Of a DNA stretch of 64,000 bases, positions 40,101 through 56,517 are shown piece after piece (the stretch's first letter is position 1; each line of letters starts with the position of its first letter). Source of the stretch: Bugula neritina (taxonomy: Eukaryota; Animalia; Bryozoa). Made by a program: the position numbers and the translations under genes. Location: NCBI GenBank assembly GCA_964035545.1, contig OZ037767.1, forward strand, positions 23,514,628-23,578,627, read 5' to 3'. The notes under the pieces are model-generated. The model saw nothing but the letters and a program-made list of their open reading frames with translations. It was not told the origin of the DNA and did no database searches.

Positions 40101-43100
40101 GTGCTGTAGTACACTGTAGTGGTTCACTGTAGTGTTACACTGTGGTGGTATATTGTAGTGGTGCTGCGTTATAGTGGTACACTGTAGTAGTATGCTGTGG
40201 TGGTACTTTGGTCTAATTTCTGTGCACCATGCTATGAAGCTGTAAGCACCTCTTCTAATGTCTCCATACTTTCTATTCAGGATAACAATTCAACCTTCCA
40301 CGCCTCTCTGCCCGGGGCCAGCCATGCATATCATTGGCCGAGACATGACCTTGATCAGCTACTCTGTATTAAAATTCTCGATGTACCTTCAACACTCTGG
40401 TCTGGCGGATTTCGAATAGATCAACTCAACTCTATCGTCATCAATATCAGGTGCTGTACTACTCCATTCTATATATACCACTCTATTCTATATATACTAC
40501 TCTATTCTATTTATACTACTTCATTCTATATATACTACTCTATTCTATTTATACTACTCTATTCTATATATACTACTCTATTCTATATATACTACTCTAT
40601 TCTATATATACTACTCCATTCTATTTATACTACTCTATTCTATATATACTACTCCATTCTATATATACTACTCTATTCTATTTATACTACTCTATTCTAT
40701 ATATACTACTCTATTCTATATATACTACTCTATTTTATTTATACTACTCCATTCTATATATACTACTCCATTCTATTTATACTACTCCATTCTATTTATA
40801 CTACTCCATTCTATTTATACTACTCTATTCTATATATACTACTCTATTCTATTTATACTACTCTATTCTATTTATACTACTCTATTCTATATATACTACT
40901 CTATTCTATATATACTACTCTATTCTATATATACTACTCTCTTCTATATATACTACTCTATTCTATTTATACTACTCTATTCTATATATACTACTCTATT
41001 CTATTTATACTACTCTATTCTATATATACTACTCTATTCTATTTATACTACTCTATTCTATATATATCGCCCAGAGCTTTTTTCTAACAGACCTCATTTG
41101 AACTTTCTATCCCCTAAGAGTTTGACCTATAAAATTTACCTTGTTTTTATTATTGATTCTTTTTAAACATTAGTAAATAGGACACAAAGATAGAAAGAAT
41201 TGCAACTTTTGTGCCAACAGCTTTACCACAAAATCTGTAATAAGATATTCATATTTCTTCTACAGGAACTCTGAGAACAGTGACTGCATTCTGATGAAAA
41301 TTGAGACTGTGCTACAAGGCTCAACGTTCACCACCATCATTGCTGACGCCTCCGACATCCCACCCCCACTGAAGATAGAGAATTACACAGACCTCAGTCT
41401 AAAGTTTTGGCAAACCAATATAACAGATGAAGCTTTCAGGACTACAGTGAAACCGAAGTCTTGTGGTAAATATTTGTGTACACAAGTTCAGAGTATGTTA
41501 TAATAGCCATTCAACGCCCACAGTGACTGTCTGTATTGAAATAAATCACATGTTTATTGTTGCAGTGGCGTATGCCTGGGACGAACCAACTATGGCCTCA
41601 ACTATAACCTCATCAATACACTGTGACATGGGGTCATCAGAGAATGTGTACGATATGAATGTGATTGGTCAGGCTGAGAATCTGGAATACGAGAATTGCT
41701 TTTATATCGCTCTCACTCACTCCGCGGACAGCCTCGTTCTGGACGTCACGGGAGGGACCGGCATCTTATTTGCTCGTCGTGAACCAGGACGTCGTTCACA
41801 GCTATGGAGTCACAACGTGGAAGGACGGCTGGTCCACGAGGGAAATCGGGCCAGTAAGCAGCTCTACAAGGAGAAAGAGGCTAAGTACTGTCTGGACATT
41901 GCAGAGCTGGCCGTCATAGCCCAAGGCTATTCCTGCCTGTCTCTGCGCAAAGTCGATAGTCGAAGGCAGACAACGCAGCTGTGGAAATTCTTAGAAACGG
42001 GTCAGCTGACGTGCGGCATCAAAGGTCAGTGTGTCCAGTCTGTACCTGCGTTTGGCGGTATGGTTGCCGGCGCAAGGGTGGCTCTTGGACCGTATAGTAT
42101 CAATCAAGTAGCCGGAGTCGAGATGAACATGTCCATGTCTAAAATGTTGCCTGGGAGTGGGGTTTTGTCAGTCGGTGTGTATACAGACGGCCCAACTAGA
42201 GTTTTACGAGTCGTAGATATCCTTGATATTGAGAAGATAAAGTACATGCGATTGAATTCGAGCTCTCAGTATGAGGTGAGTGAGCGTGAAGAGCGTGTTA
42301 GCAGCAGACAGATGTCCCTGCAGCTAGCACTGCCTGCATTAGGACTATCTCTAGTGAATCAGGTGCGAGAGGAACTGCTGTATCTCAGTCTAGTCAAGCC
42401 TCTCTTGGATTATAGTCGCTCTGAGAACATTGAGAATATTCACCTCAGCATACGTCATGTTCAGTTGGACAACCAGTTGGTGGACACCACATTTCCTATC
42501 ACCATTTACTCCCAGACCAACAAGCAGCGGGCTCAGTCTTCTAAAGCTAGAGCGGCTGCCGTTGATGTTGATTGTCAGCACGTGCTCGGCAGCAACAGCT
42601 CTATGCATGTGTTTAAACTGCTGACTGTTCAGGTTGCTCCGTTCTCTCTGGACATAGACGAAATTCTGCTCATGAAAGTTATCGAGATGTTTACTGCTAA
42701 TAGAAACAAAGAAGAAGAATCAGAGCTCAGTGTGATTCAACCGTCTAAAGACAAAGATTTTGATATCTCTGTTAGAAAGTACTACTTTGCTCTGCTGAGT
42801 GTGGTGTGTGGTCAGATGACGCTTAGCGTTCACACGGCTAAACTTCCTCAACATCTGAAAGACGTGAAAAAGGCAATGGCGATGTCATCAATGATAACCT
42901 TTGAAAATGCAGTCATTGACTTTGAGCCGTTTCTTCAACTTCACCCATTCGAAAGTTTGAACTTTATGCTTACAGCTATTGGTGAGACACTCATTCCATA
43001 ATTATATTGGTTTGCTCTTGAATTCAATTTTCTGTAGTTGCAGTAATAGCAGTAGGAGTAGCAGCAGTAGCAGCAGGAGTAGCAGCAGTAGCAGCAGCAG

Positions 43101-43232
43101 CAGTAGTAGTAGTAGTATTAGTAGTAGTGGCGGTGGCGGTAGTGGTAGTGGTAGTAGGGGTAGTAGTAGTAGGGATAGTAATAGTAGTAGTGGCAGTAGT
43201 AGTAGCAGTAGTAATAGTAGCAGTAGCAGCAC

Positions 43233-43268
<36 letters not shown>

Positions 43269-46200
43269 CAGTAGCAGTAGTAGCCGCAGCAGTAGCAGTA
43301 GTAGCAGCAGCAGTAGTAGTAGTAGCAGCAGCAGTAGCAGCAGTGGCTGTAGCAGCACTAGCAGTAGCACTAGAAGCAGTAGTAGCAGCAGTGGTGGTAT
43401 TAGTATAGTAATTACTTTATCAGTAAAATAGTTTAAGCTGGTGATTATCAGCTGGTAGTGCTTATGCTGCAGGTACCCATTTCAAACAGGAGCTACAAGG
43501 TCAGGCAGCAAAGATATTTGGTGCAGTTGATGTTCTTGGTAATCCATTAGGCCTGGTGAATGATGTCACCACCGGAATATCTGGTTTGGTCACGGATGGA
43601 AACGTTGGAATGCTTCTGAAAAATGTCACTCATGGAGCAAGCAACTCTCTTGCCAAGGTAACCCATTAATAAGGAACAGGCCTGTTATATGTGATATGAT
43701 GTAGTGTGTGTTATGTCTAAGTTCCATACTTGCTGCTTATTCATTCTCTCTTTCCTTTATAGTTCATCAGTAAATAAACGACAATTGCTTTAACCAAATT
43801 GCATATTGACACGGAAGGGGAGGGGGTGAGGAGAGGTTCATTAATGGAACATAAGTAAATAATTTGCTAAATAGATAAAAGTACTACTTAGAAAAATTAT
43901 AACAAAGTTACTACAGAGATGCCCGTGATTACAGAATTATCTGAATAACAAATTAAACATCATTTAATAATAACATTAGAAAAAATAGATGCAGTTTGGT
44001 GTGGGACTTCAATTATATACAGTAACTAGCCGTATATAATATAGTAGGGTATAGAGTACAACAACTTAGTAGTTTTTGTAACATCAAGTTTCACAATAAC
44101 AGCATGCAGCAATTATGATAATATTAATTTATCTTTTATTTAATGTCATATTTGACAATTTAAAGTCTATCAGGAGAAGAAATGTTTTTTCAGCCGTTTC
44201 CATGAGCATATAACTAAAAACTGATGGAAAATGTGAATTGATGAAAGCCAGTGTTTCTATAAAACGGAAACTATAAGGCCATTGGTGGTTTTGTTCACTT
44301 TGATTGAGCTTTAAGCCTTCAAATATAGTTTAGAAGTAGGCAACTCCTAATTATTACAAAAAAACTTTCTAACCAAGCATATGCTACAACTATGTTATAT
44401 GCAAAACACATTCATTGCCTGTTGAAAATCCTTTTAAAAGAAGTTTTATTTACTAGAGTACTAGAGTTGAACTAAAGTCTATTTAGGCTCACCACTGAAG
44501 TTTGTGAGTAGATTGACTACTAGACTGTATGACAACCATGTGGCTGCTCTGTGTAATCTACAGGTGGCTGGGACACTCTCCCAGGGGTTGGGGCGTATCT
44601 CAATGGATGCGAATCATGAGGAACATAGAGATCAGATCAGGAGACAGTATGCTGGATCTAATGTGCTTTTAGGTACTCTTCTTATACCTCTATATTGTTG
44701 CACTGTGTTATTATACTGTGTTAACTCCATGGTATTGTACTATGTTAGCTTCATGTTGTTGTACTGTGTTAGCTCCATGTTGTTGTACTGTGTTAACTCT
44801 GTGTTATTATACTGTGTTATACCTCTATATTGTTGTGCTGTGTTATTATACTATGTTAGCTCCATGTTGTTGTGCTGTGTTAGCTCTGTGTATGCAGGAC
44901 TCGTGTTTTAATAGATGTGTGTTTGTATGACTGAAAGATATATTGAGTGAACTGTTTGCAGGGTTCAAAAGCTTAGCTCATGGTATTATTGGTGGCATAA
45001 CCAGCCTGGCCCAGCAGACTTTGGAAGGAGCCAGTCAAGATGGCTTGGAGGTAGTATTATATTATAATTCACTACATATTTGTGTTCTCAACTAATTTTT
45101 AGTGACGTTTTGATTGTTTGTAGTCGTCTTCACAATAACCTCTGAAAGCTTCAAAATAGTATAACTTGTTTGTTGTCAGATGCATTAAATTGAGCTTTAA
45201 ACTGATTATCTAGTCTAGTGTTATTGGAAAGTGCTGAAGCTGCATTACAAGTTTCTGTTAGGCTAACTATTTATATCTTATGTCTCGGTTACTTTGGCTA
45301 TGTTTATATTTTAAACCAATATAAGTATTAAACATGTTACTTAGTATTGAAAACATTAAGATATTATATGTAATGAATGTGAAATGTGGTAGTTTTCACA
45401 CTACAGAAACTATCACATGTTGCTAGTCTACAACAGCTGTAGATATCATTGTGGCTAATGTGTTTACAGGGCATGTTTACGGGATTTGGTAAGGGAGTTG
45501 TTGGAACTGTAACCAAACCTGTAGTTGGTGTCCTAGACTTTGCTTCGGGAGCAGCAACAGCCATCCGAGATACATCAGGTAAATGACTTTGATGAATCAG
45601 GAATAGTGCAGGTGTATGTAGGTGGAGGTTTTTGAGATTTAAGCAGCAAGCCTATGTGCCAATATGCCGCACCAAAACAGGTTTTTTAATATCTAATCTG
45701 TACTAATGTTATTTTTTGTATCTGTTTAGTTCAAAGTTCTTTTTTGTTCTGTGAATCTACTCTAGTGAAAATAAGAACTAGTTTATAAGAGAAATATAAA
45801 TAAGTCTGAATTCAATGTGGTGCAAATGTATGCATCACTATATTTAGCAGACAACACTCTATTTCTGTACTATTATTATTCGTGAAACGTCCCTTCTGCT
45901 ATTCATATACTGTTCATGTGTGACTCCTAAGCACTGCTATCAGTGGATATATGTTGTATTGACAAGGTGGAGGTGGAGGAATACACACTATACAGAGAAA
46001 GAGGAAGCCCCGGTGCTGTTACAGTAGACATGGCCTACTTCCTGTTTACAGCTCAAGGTCAGCCACGGGTCAACAGGTTCTTCTCTTCCTCAACGGTGAT
46101 AGTAAAACTCAAGAAAGGTGAGTTCTAGCTTAGTCTGTCCGCACTTACTGTGTACCAGCTGGTGTGGAAAATGTTCAACTTCTAACTCATATAAAGATTT

Positions 46201-47770
46201 TTAAATCTGCCAATAATAATAGTACATTCTATAGCAAGTTGTTAACTGGCTCATTAGATCTTGAGATTTTAATGGTCTGAAAGTAGCTAGTTGGTGTTTA
46301 ATGAACAGACGTACTAGCCTCATATGCTTGTGGGTTGTGTTGGTAGGTATATTGACCACATTGCGAGTTGTGTTGGTAGGTATATTGACTACATTGCGGG
46401 TTGTGTTGGTAGGTATATTGACTACATTGTAGGTTGTGTTGGTAGGTATATTGACTACATTGTAGGTTGTATTGGTAGGTATATTGACTACATTGTAGGT
46501 TGTGTTGGTAGGTATATTCACTACATTGTAGGTTGTGTTGGTAGGTATATTGACTACATTGCGGGTTGTACTGGTAGGTATATTGACTACATTGTAGGTT
46601 GTGTTGGTAGGTATATTGACTACATTGTAGGTTGTGTTGGTAGGTATATTGACTACATTGTGTGTTGTGTTGGTAGGTATATTGACCACATCAGGCTGAC
46701 CAATCAGCCAGAGCCTCACCATATGCTGGTCTCAGATCAAACTGTCTACCTTCTCAATATGAATCAGCCGCAAGAAGAGCCCTCCTTGCTTGTCTCACTC
46801 TCCGACTTACTCTCTTGTATTTATGTCCGGAAAGGTGAGTCATCAGTTTCTTATTGGTTTAAAAACACGTGAGCTACTCATTTTAATCTGTCAACTGTTG
46901 ACTCAATTGTACTCCAACCAACATGCTTTCAATGCTTGTACTGCTCAGTAACATCTAATAGCACGGAAACAAATTTAATATGTGTTACCTTGCAAGTAGG
47001 CAGTCAGATGTGTATTAAAGAAGAATTTTTCAGCACATAGGCAACAACTCGCCTAGTTTAGTTTCACTCTGGTCTCTGATGTCTTTATGTGTTGAGTTTA
47101 GGAACTGTGGGTTTGTCACAAAATATGATATTCTCCTATTCGCTCATTGTCATACTCAAAGCCAATCATTCACTTTGTTTCAATCTATTTCATCTGACTT
47201 TTTTCTTTGCTTTGTGATTGGTCAGCGCATTGCATGAAGTGCTAGTGGTGAATTTGTCATTTGCTGACCATTCTGGGTCAAGTATTACACTAGTTTGTTA
47301 CCTCAATATGTAAAATTTGTCAACTTATCTATCTCTTTCATATGCAGCGGCTATACTTGTGAATACACTTATATGGTGTACTATATAAATCAAGAAATTA
47401 GACCAAAGCAACTTTAGGCTTTTTAGATTCTTTCAATTTTATAATTTTAAAGTAATAGAAATTTGATTTTAACCAATTGAAAGTTATAAAACTTAGTATA
47501 TTTTATGAGTATAACAATGGTATTACTATTTCAATATTCAATACGTGAGTGTTTTTTCACTGATCTCTTACAGAGAGAGCCGATGGCTCCATACAACATT
47601 ATATAGAAGTCAAGTGGAAGAGGTTGAGTGAGTCTGGAGGAAGTCATTACAAAACCTCAACATCTACAGTCAGATGTGAGACGTCAGAGGTGGCTGAGCA
47701 AGTTGTAATTCTCATTGATCACGCGAGAGGCTTATACAATGAGAAACTACACACTGTATTAACAACTTGA
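1..47770 (+). CDS. VPS13D: Vacuolar protein sorting 13D (bridge-like lipid transfer protein), 5'-truncated by window edge, 67 exons
   Basis: Manually spliced exons with GT-AG ends (one probable GC-AG) and consistent phases: 1-80, 830-946, 1872-2087, 2335-2495, 3353-3521, 4010-4111, 4511-4639, 4911-4992, 5244-5390, 5608-5780, 6150-6254, 6432-6570, 6999-7090, 7439-7661, 8466-8607, 8806-8937, 9668-9910, 10453-10553, 10851-11016, 11587-11786, 12111-12311, 13315-13463, 13764-13941, 21507-21664, 21758-21932, 22298-22390, 22856-23033, 23280-23388, 23678-23812, 24198-24414, 24822-24952, 25155-25336, 25580-25712, 25806-25962, 26234-26371, 26761-26899, 27130-27310, 27405-27500, 27660-27792, 28089-28338, 28729-28954, 29421-29657, 29934-30118, 30554-30770, 30872-31151, 31505-31636, 32101-32325, 33084-33207, 33800-33977, 34322-34459, 35081-35219, 35638-35851, 36285-36495, 37679-37858, 38532-38698, 39405-39533, 39826-39967, 40281-40450, 41266-41465, 41566-42981, 43473-43657, 44564-44672, 44962-45050, 45470-45578, 45967-46117, 46677-46834, 47574-47770. 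Peptides match recalled VPS13D motifs in order: IMENLQLKL..LHIRYE, NCRVWW, YGPDFELLVASH, IDIDFNCL..ETWVMLLDFFGLG, IERNLD, DYYNRLLSGWEP, YWMINHTGLPL, GQFEENE.ARS, HWPR.DLDQLLC, YAWDEP, DGPTRVL, LGNPLGLVND, GVVGTVTKP, RKPRCC. Confidence 0.95.
193..245. repeat. (TA)n microsatellite
   Basis: Pure TA run. Confidence 0.95.
2512..2918. repeat. 44-bp minisatellite, about 9 copies, internally palindromic unit
   Basis: AATCTAGGTCAACATGTATATACTTGACTAGTACATATAGCTTT head to tail, no spacers. Confidence 0.95.
3645..3963. mobile_element. MITE family B copy 1 (TTAA TSD, AG-start TIR; Kolobok/T2-type)
   Basis: TTAA|AGAATCCCTGA...TCAGGGATTCT|TTAA with about 40-bp imperfect TIRs. Confidence 0.8.
6248..6370. 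repeat. 40-bp tandem repeat x3 containing the exon 11 donor site
   Basis: TAGCAAG|GTAGGT at 6254, 6294 and 6334. Confidence 0.92.
8970..9090. repeat. 22-bp intronic minisatellite
   Basis: GTGTGGTTCTGTATAGAGCTGT about 5 copies. Confidence 0.85.
11265..11580. repeat. 24-bp intronic minisatellite running up to the exon 20 acceptor
   Basis: ATATACAGCTGGTGTTACCATGTG repeats; source of ORFs 11241 and 11257. Confidence 0.9.
12312..12920. repeat. 11-bp repeat starting at the exon 21 donor, split by MITE A
   Basis: GTAATGAGTT(G/A) units at 12312-12385 and 12834-12920. Confidence 0.85.
12386..12833. mobile_element. MITE family A copy 1 (PIF/Harbinger Tourist-like; TTA TSD)
   Basis: TIR AGTTGCGTTTATAC...GTATAAAGGCAACT; TTA on both sides; removing it restores the flanking 11-nt tandem repeat; near-identical second copy at 36753-37199. 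Confidence 0.88.
15089..15178. repeat. 90-bp loopless palindrome (45-bp arms, one T/G mismatch)
   Basis: ACCTGTAGACCTCAGTGATAAATTTTCATTAGCCTCTCCTACACA|TGTGTAGGAGAGGCTAATGAAAGTTTATCACTGAGGTCTACAGGT. Confidence 0.95.
17722..18350 (+). pseudogene. Decayed two-exon gene encoding a P2X7 cytoplasmic ballast-like (Zn-binding) domain, inside the hAT element
   Basis: Exon-like blocks 17722-17941 and 18137-18350 with AG/GT ends. Stitching across frameshifts and stops gives EEWCK*KKFQ..EQSECCQ / KFVTDHPGVFELTW / SRVLEVTYNSYLHHH | ..FCSYRVLIFWLFLNLHRRQRKPLSACLYN*VHA / PTDDDKQFAGV. AATAAA at 18412. Confidence 0.65.
21665..21757. repeat. Intron 24 consisting entirely of 4 x 23-bp repeat plus G
   Basis: (GTGTGTTTATTATATACTGTATA)4 G. 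Confidence 0.93.
23047..23165. repeat. Mixed (GT)n/(GC)n alternating purine-pyrimidine tract
   Basis: gtgtgtgtgcgcgcgcccgtgtgtgtgcgcgcgtgcgtgtg... Confidence 0.9.
23930..24092 (-). mobile_element. tRNA-derived SINE copy, internally deleted
   Basis: GCAATTATGACTTGATGCTCTTCCTAACATCA..AACCCCTAGACCACGGCTGCTC; GAGAACCCCTGATGGAAAGGG. Confidence 0.7.
28402..28620 (+). mobile_element. tRNA-derived SINE, most complete copy in window
   Basis: tRNA-like head with A-box-like TGGTCTTGGGGTTAGAGC and B-box GGTTCGAACCC (28455-28465), followed by body CCATTGGTGATGTTAGGAAGAGCATCCAGTCATAATTGCTCCTGT shared with three other copies. Confidence 0.75.
31184..31493. repeat. 21-bp minisatellite (alternating CTCATC/CTAACC variants) filling intron 45
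   Basis: TAGTAGTAATATATACTCATC about 15 copies. Confidence 0.92.
32101..41465 (+). CDS. VPS13D: VPS13D exons 47-59: approximately the VAB (SHR-binding/adaptor-binding) repeat region
   Basis: DYYNRLLSGWEPMVEPW, FVPYSLNNQTG, VSIDKVG.FFR, ITVKSPITLRN, PGHTVTLLPPLTIVNLLP, YWMINHTGLPL, WSGGFRID, PPPLKIENYT. Confidence 0.88.
32635..33093. repeat. About 31-bp minisatellite containing the exon 48 acceptor and exon start
   Basis: TGTGTTGCTATATGTAG(TAA)CTACTGATGTA; true junction TTGTAG|CTACTGATGT at 33083/33084. Confidence 0.9.
34495..34690. repeat. 21-bp minisatellite with two AG|GT motifs per unit
   Basis: CAGGTATACTGCAAGGTACTT about 9 copies, starting about 35 nt after the exon 50 donor. Confidence 0.92.
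35360..35538. repeat. 13-bp intronic minisatellite
   Basis: TCTCACCATCA(C/T)G repeats. Confidence 0.88.
35955..36127 (-). mobile_element. tRNA-derived SINE copy
   Basis: ACAGGAGCAATTATGACTGGATGCTCTTCCTAACATCACCAATGGCC..CTCTAACCCCTAGACCACGGC is the reverse complement of the 28402 copy. Confidence 0.75.
36558..37255. mobile_element. MITE family B copy 2 (right end lost), interrupted by MITE A
   Basis: TTAA|AGAATCCCTGA at 36554; ATGCTCAAACA, ATGCTGATGACATTTTC and CTGGAGTCCGT shared with 3645-3880; homology resumes after 37199. Confidence 0.72.
36753..37199. mobile_element. MITE family A copy 2, nested in MITE family B copy 2
   Basis: Perfect 16-bp TIR AGTTGCGTTTATACCT/AGGTATAAACGCAACT; flanks TTA/ATA; high identity to 12386-12833 along its whole length. 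Confidence 0.88.
40457..41065. repeat. 20-bp minisatellite, about 30 copies, starting right after the exon 58 donor
   Basis: TACTACTCTATTCTAT(A/T)TA; source of the YTT/YSIL ORFs. Confidence 0.95.
41566..42981 (+). CDS. VPS13D: VPS13D giant exon 60 (1416 nt): ricin-B-lectin-like segment (QxW motifs) plus start of VPS13_C/APT1 region
   Basis: Core of ORF 41463..43001; acceptor ttgcag|tggcg, donor attg|gtgaga; YAWDEP, RRSQLWS..GRLVHEG, RRQTTQLWKF..GQL, PGSGVLSV..DGPTRVL, GLSLVN..EELLY, VQLDNQL. Confidence 0.93.
43035..43395. repeat. (AGT/AGC)n trinucleotide tract in intron 60
   Basis: Source of the poly-S/L/V ORFs. Confidence 0.95.
43473..47770 (+). CDS. VPS13D: VPS13D exons 61-67: ATG2_C-like amphipathic helices and C-terminal PH-like domain, stop TGA 47768-47770
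   Basis: ELQGQAAKIFGAVDVLGNPLGLVNDV, LKNVTHGASNSLAK, GIIGGITS, GFGKGVVGTVTKPVVGVLDFA, RKRKPRCC..GLLPVYS, VRCETSEVAEQV..IDHARGLYNE. Confidence 0.92.
44690..44890. repeat. Degenerate intronic minisatellite (about 27 bp)
   Basis: TACTGTGTTAGCTCCATGTTGTTG-like units. Confidence 0.8.
46330..46692. repeat. 33-bp minisatellite x11 carrying the exon 66 acceptor and first codons
   Basis: GGTTGTGTTGGTAG|GTATATTGAC(T/C)ACATTGTA; acceptors every 33 nt from 46346 to 46676. Confidence 0.95.
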
Positions 47771-48925
47771 TTCTAGTTACTGTATTTCTTCACTGATGAT
47801 ATTCATACTCAGTTTAATATTTTTATAATTGCATGCTGCTGAAACCATAGTATTTTTATTTATTCTTTCAAGCGATGCTCTTATTTTTATGTTGGCGTCT
47901 TCCGTTACTTCACTGAGTTGTATATATACAGCCTGTGTTCATTATGAGCATTTGTAATGACCTGAAGGGATTTATATTAGAGCTTTTCTGATACTTAGCA
48001 CTATGTAGAAAGCTTGGGATTTACTGATTCTAATTAAAAAATGCTATGTATTGTAGAAAGACAAAAATAATTGGAAGAGTTGTGTCATTAAGGTGTTCTT
48101 TAATGAATCTTTTGTTTTCTTACAGCATAACTTTTTGTTTATATGTATATGTTTGGTAAATTCAGTAAATCTCAAGCTGACTAGTAATTGGTGTAGGTGA
48201 CTGAAGGTCTTTAAGTAAAGCAGGGTTGCGCTATACTCAAGAGGTGCTGTAGATTATCTCCCCTTTCATTTCCAAATTATTAGCTACAGTTGTTGTGGAG
48301 GAATGCATATAGGCTATGCATTGTTGAATGTTATATTTTGATATTTGTGTTTGTATACAAAAATAATTATATCTCTAAGTACAAACTGTGTGATTGAACT
48401 ATTTTCTAACTTTGAATGTATTTTAAATTAAAATTACTACAAAATTATAAATTTTCCTGCCAAAATTATTTGATTTGGTAAATAATTTATGAATCTGCCA
48501 AGAGAAAAAATGGTGGTTTTTTGTGTGTTACATAACTTCAACTGCCTTTTAACTTTAAAATAGTGATTCATTAAAGAATTATCAGAACGACTAAAATTTA
48601 ATGTCTACACTGATATACTTTTATTTTATATTTTGTATAATACTGGATGTAATGAGCATCAAGTGGTGGGTTGAATGGAATCACTGATGGTTGCTATTAC
48701 CAACCATATTATTATCCAATGTCTACATCTAAAAGTTAATTGATCATAGAATATAATCAATAATAAAGTAATTCATTGTGAGTTTAACTATAAAAAATCA
48801 AGCCTCGACAATAAATTCCACATTTTGGTTGTTTCAAAAGAATTATGCTCATTAGAGGTATCTTTCAGCTTTTGCCCAACTGAGATGTCACGTCTGTTTC
48901 CAAGTCTCAGGTTGCTTTCTCAGCC

Positions 48926-56517
<7,592 letters not shown>

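Noticed and set aside
40451-41101. Long Tyr/Ile/Leu-rich ORFs (296 aa and 216 aa)
   Set aside because: Stop-free translation of a 20-bp intronic minisatellite; only 40281-40450 is a real exon.
42979-43431. Poly-Ser, poly-Leu and poly-Val ORFs
   Set aside because: Translation of an intronic (AGT/AGC)n tract; exon 60 splices in phase to 43473.
43905-44370. Possible Helitron-like or other repeat relic in intron 61
   Set aside because: Only vague terminal resemblance, no second copy in the window and no clear boundaries.
45943-46128. ORF MDICCIDK.. as the VPS13D exon
   Set aside because: Wrong frame; the conserved RKPRCC..GLLP reading uses the AAG acceptor at 45966.
46201-46722. Minus-strand 173-aa NIPTNTT repeat ORF as a mucin-like gene
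   Set aside because: Antisense reading of the 33-bp acceptor repeat; no independent gene structure.
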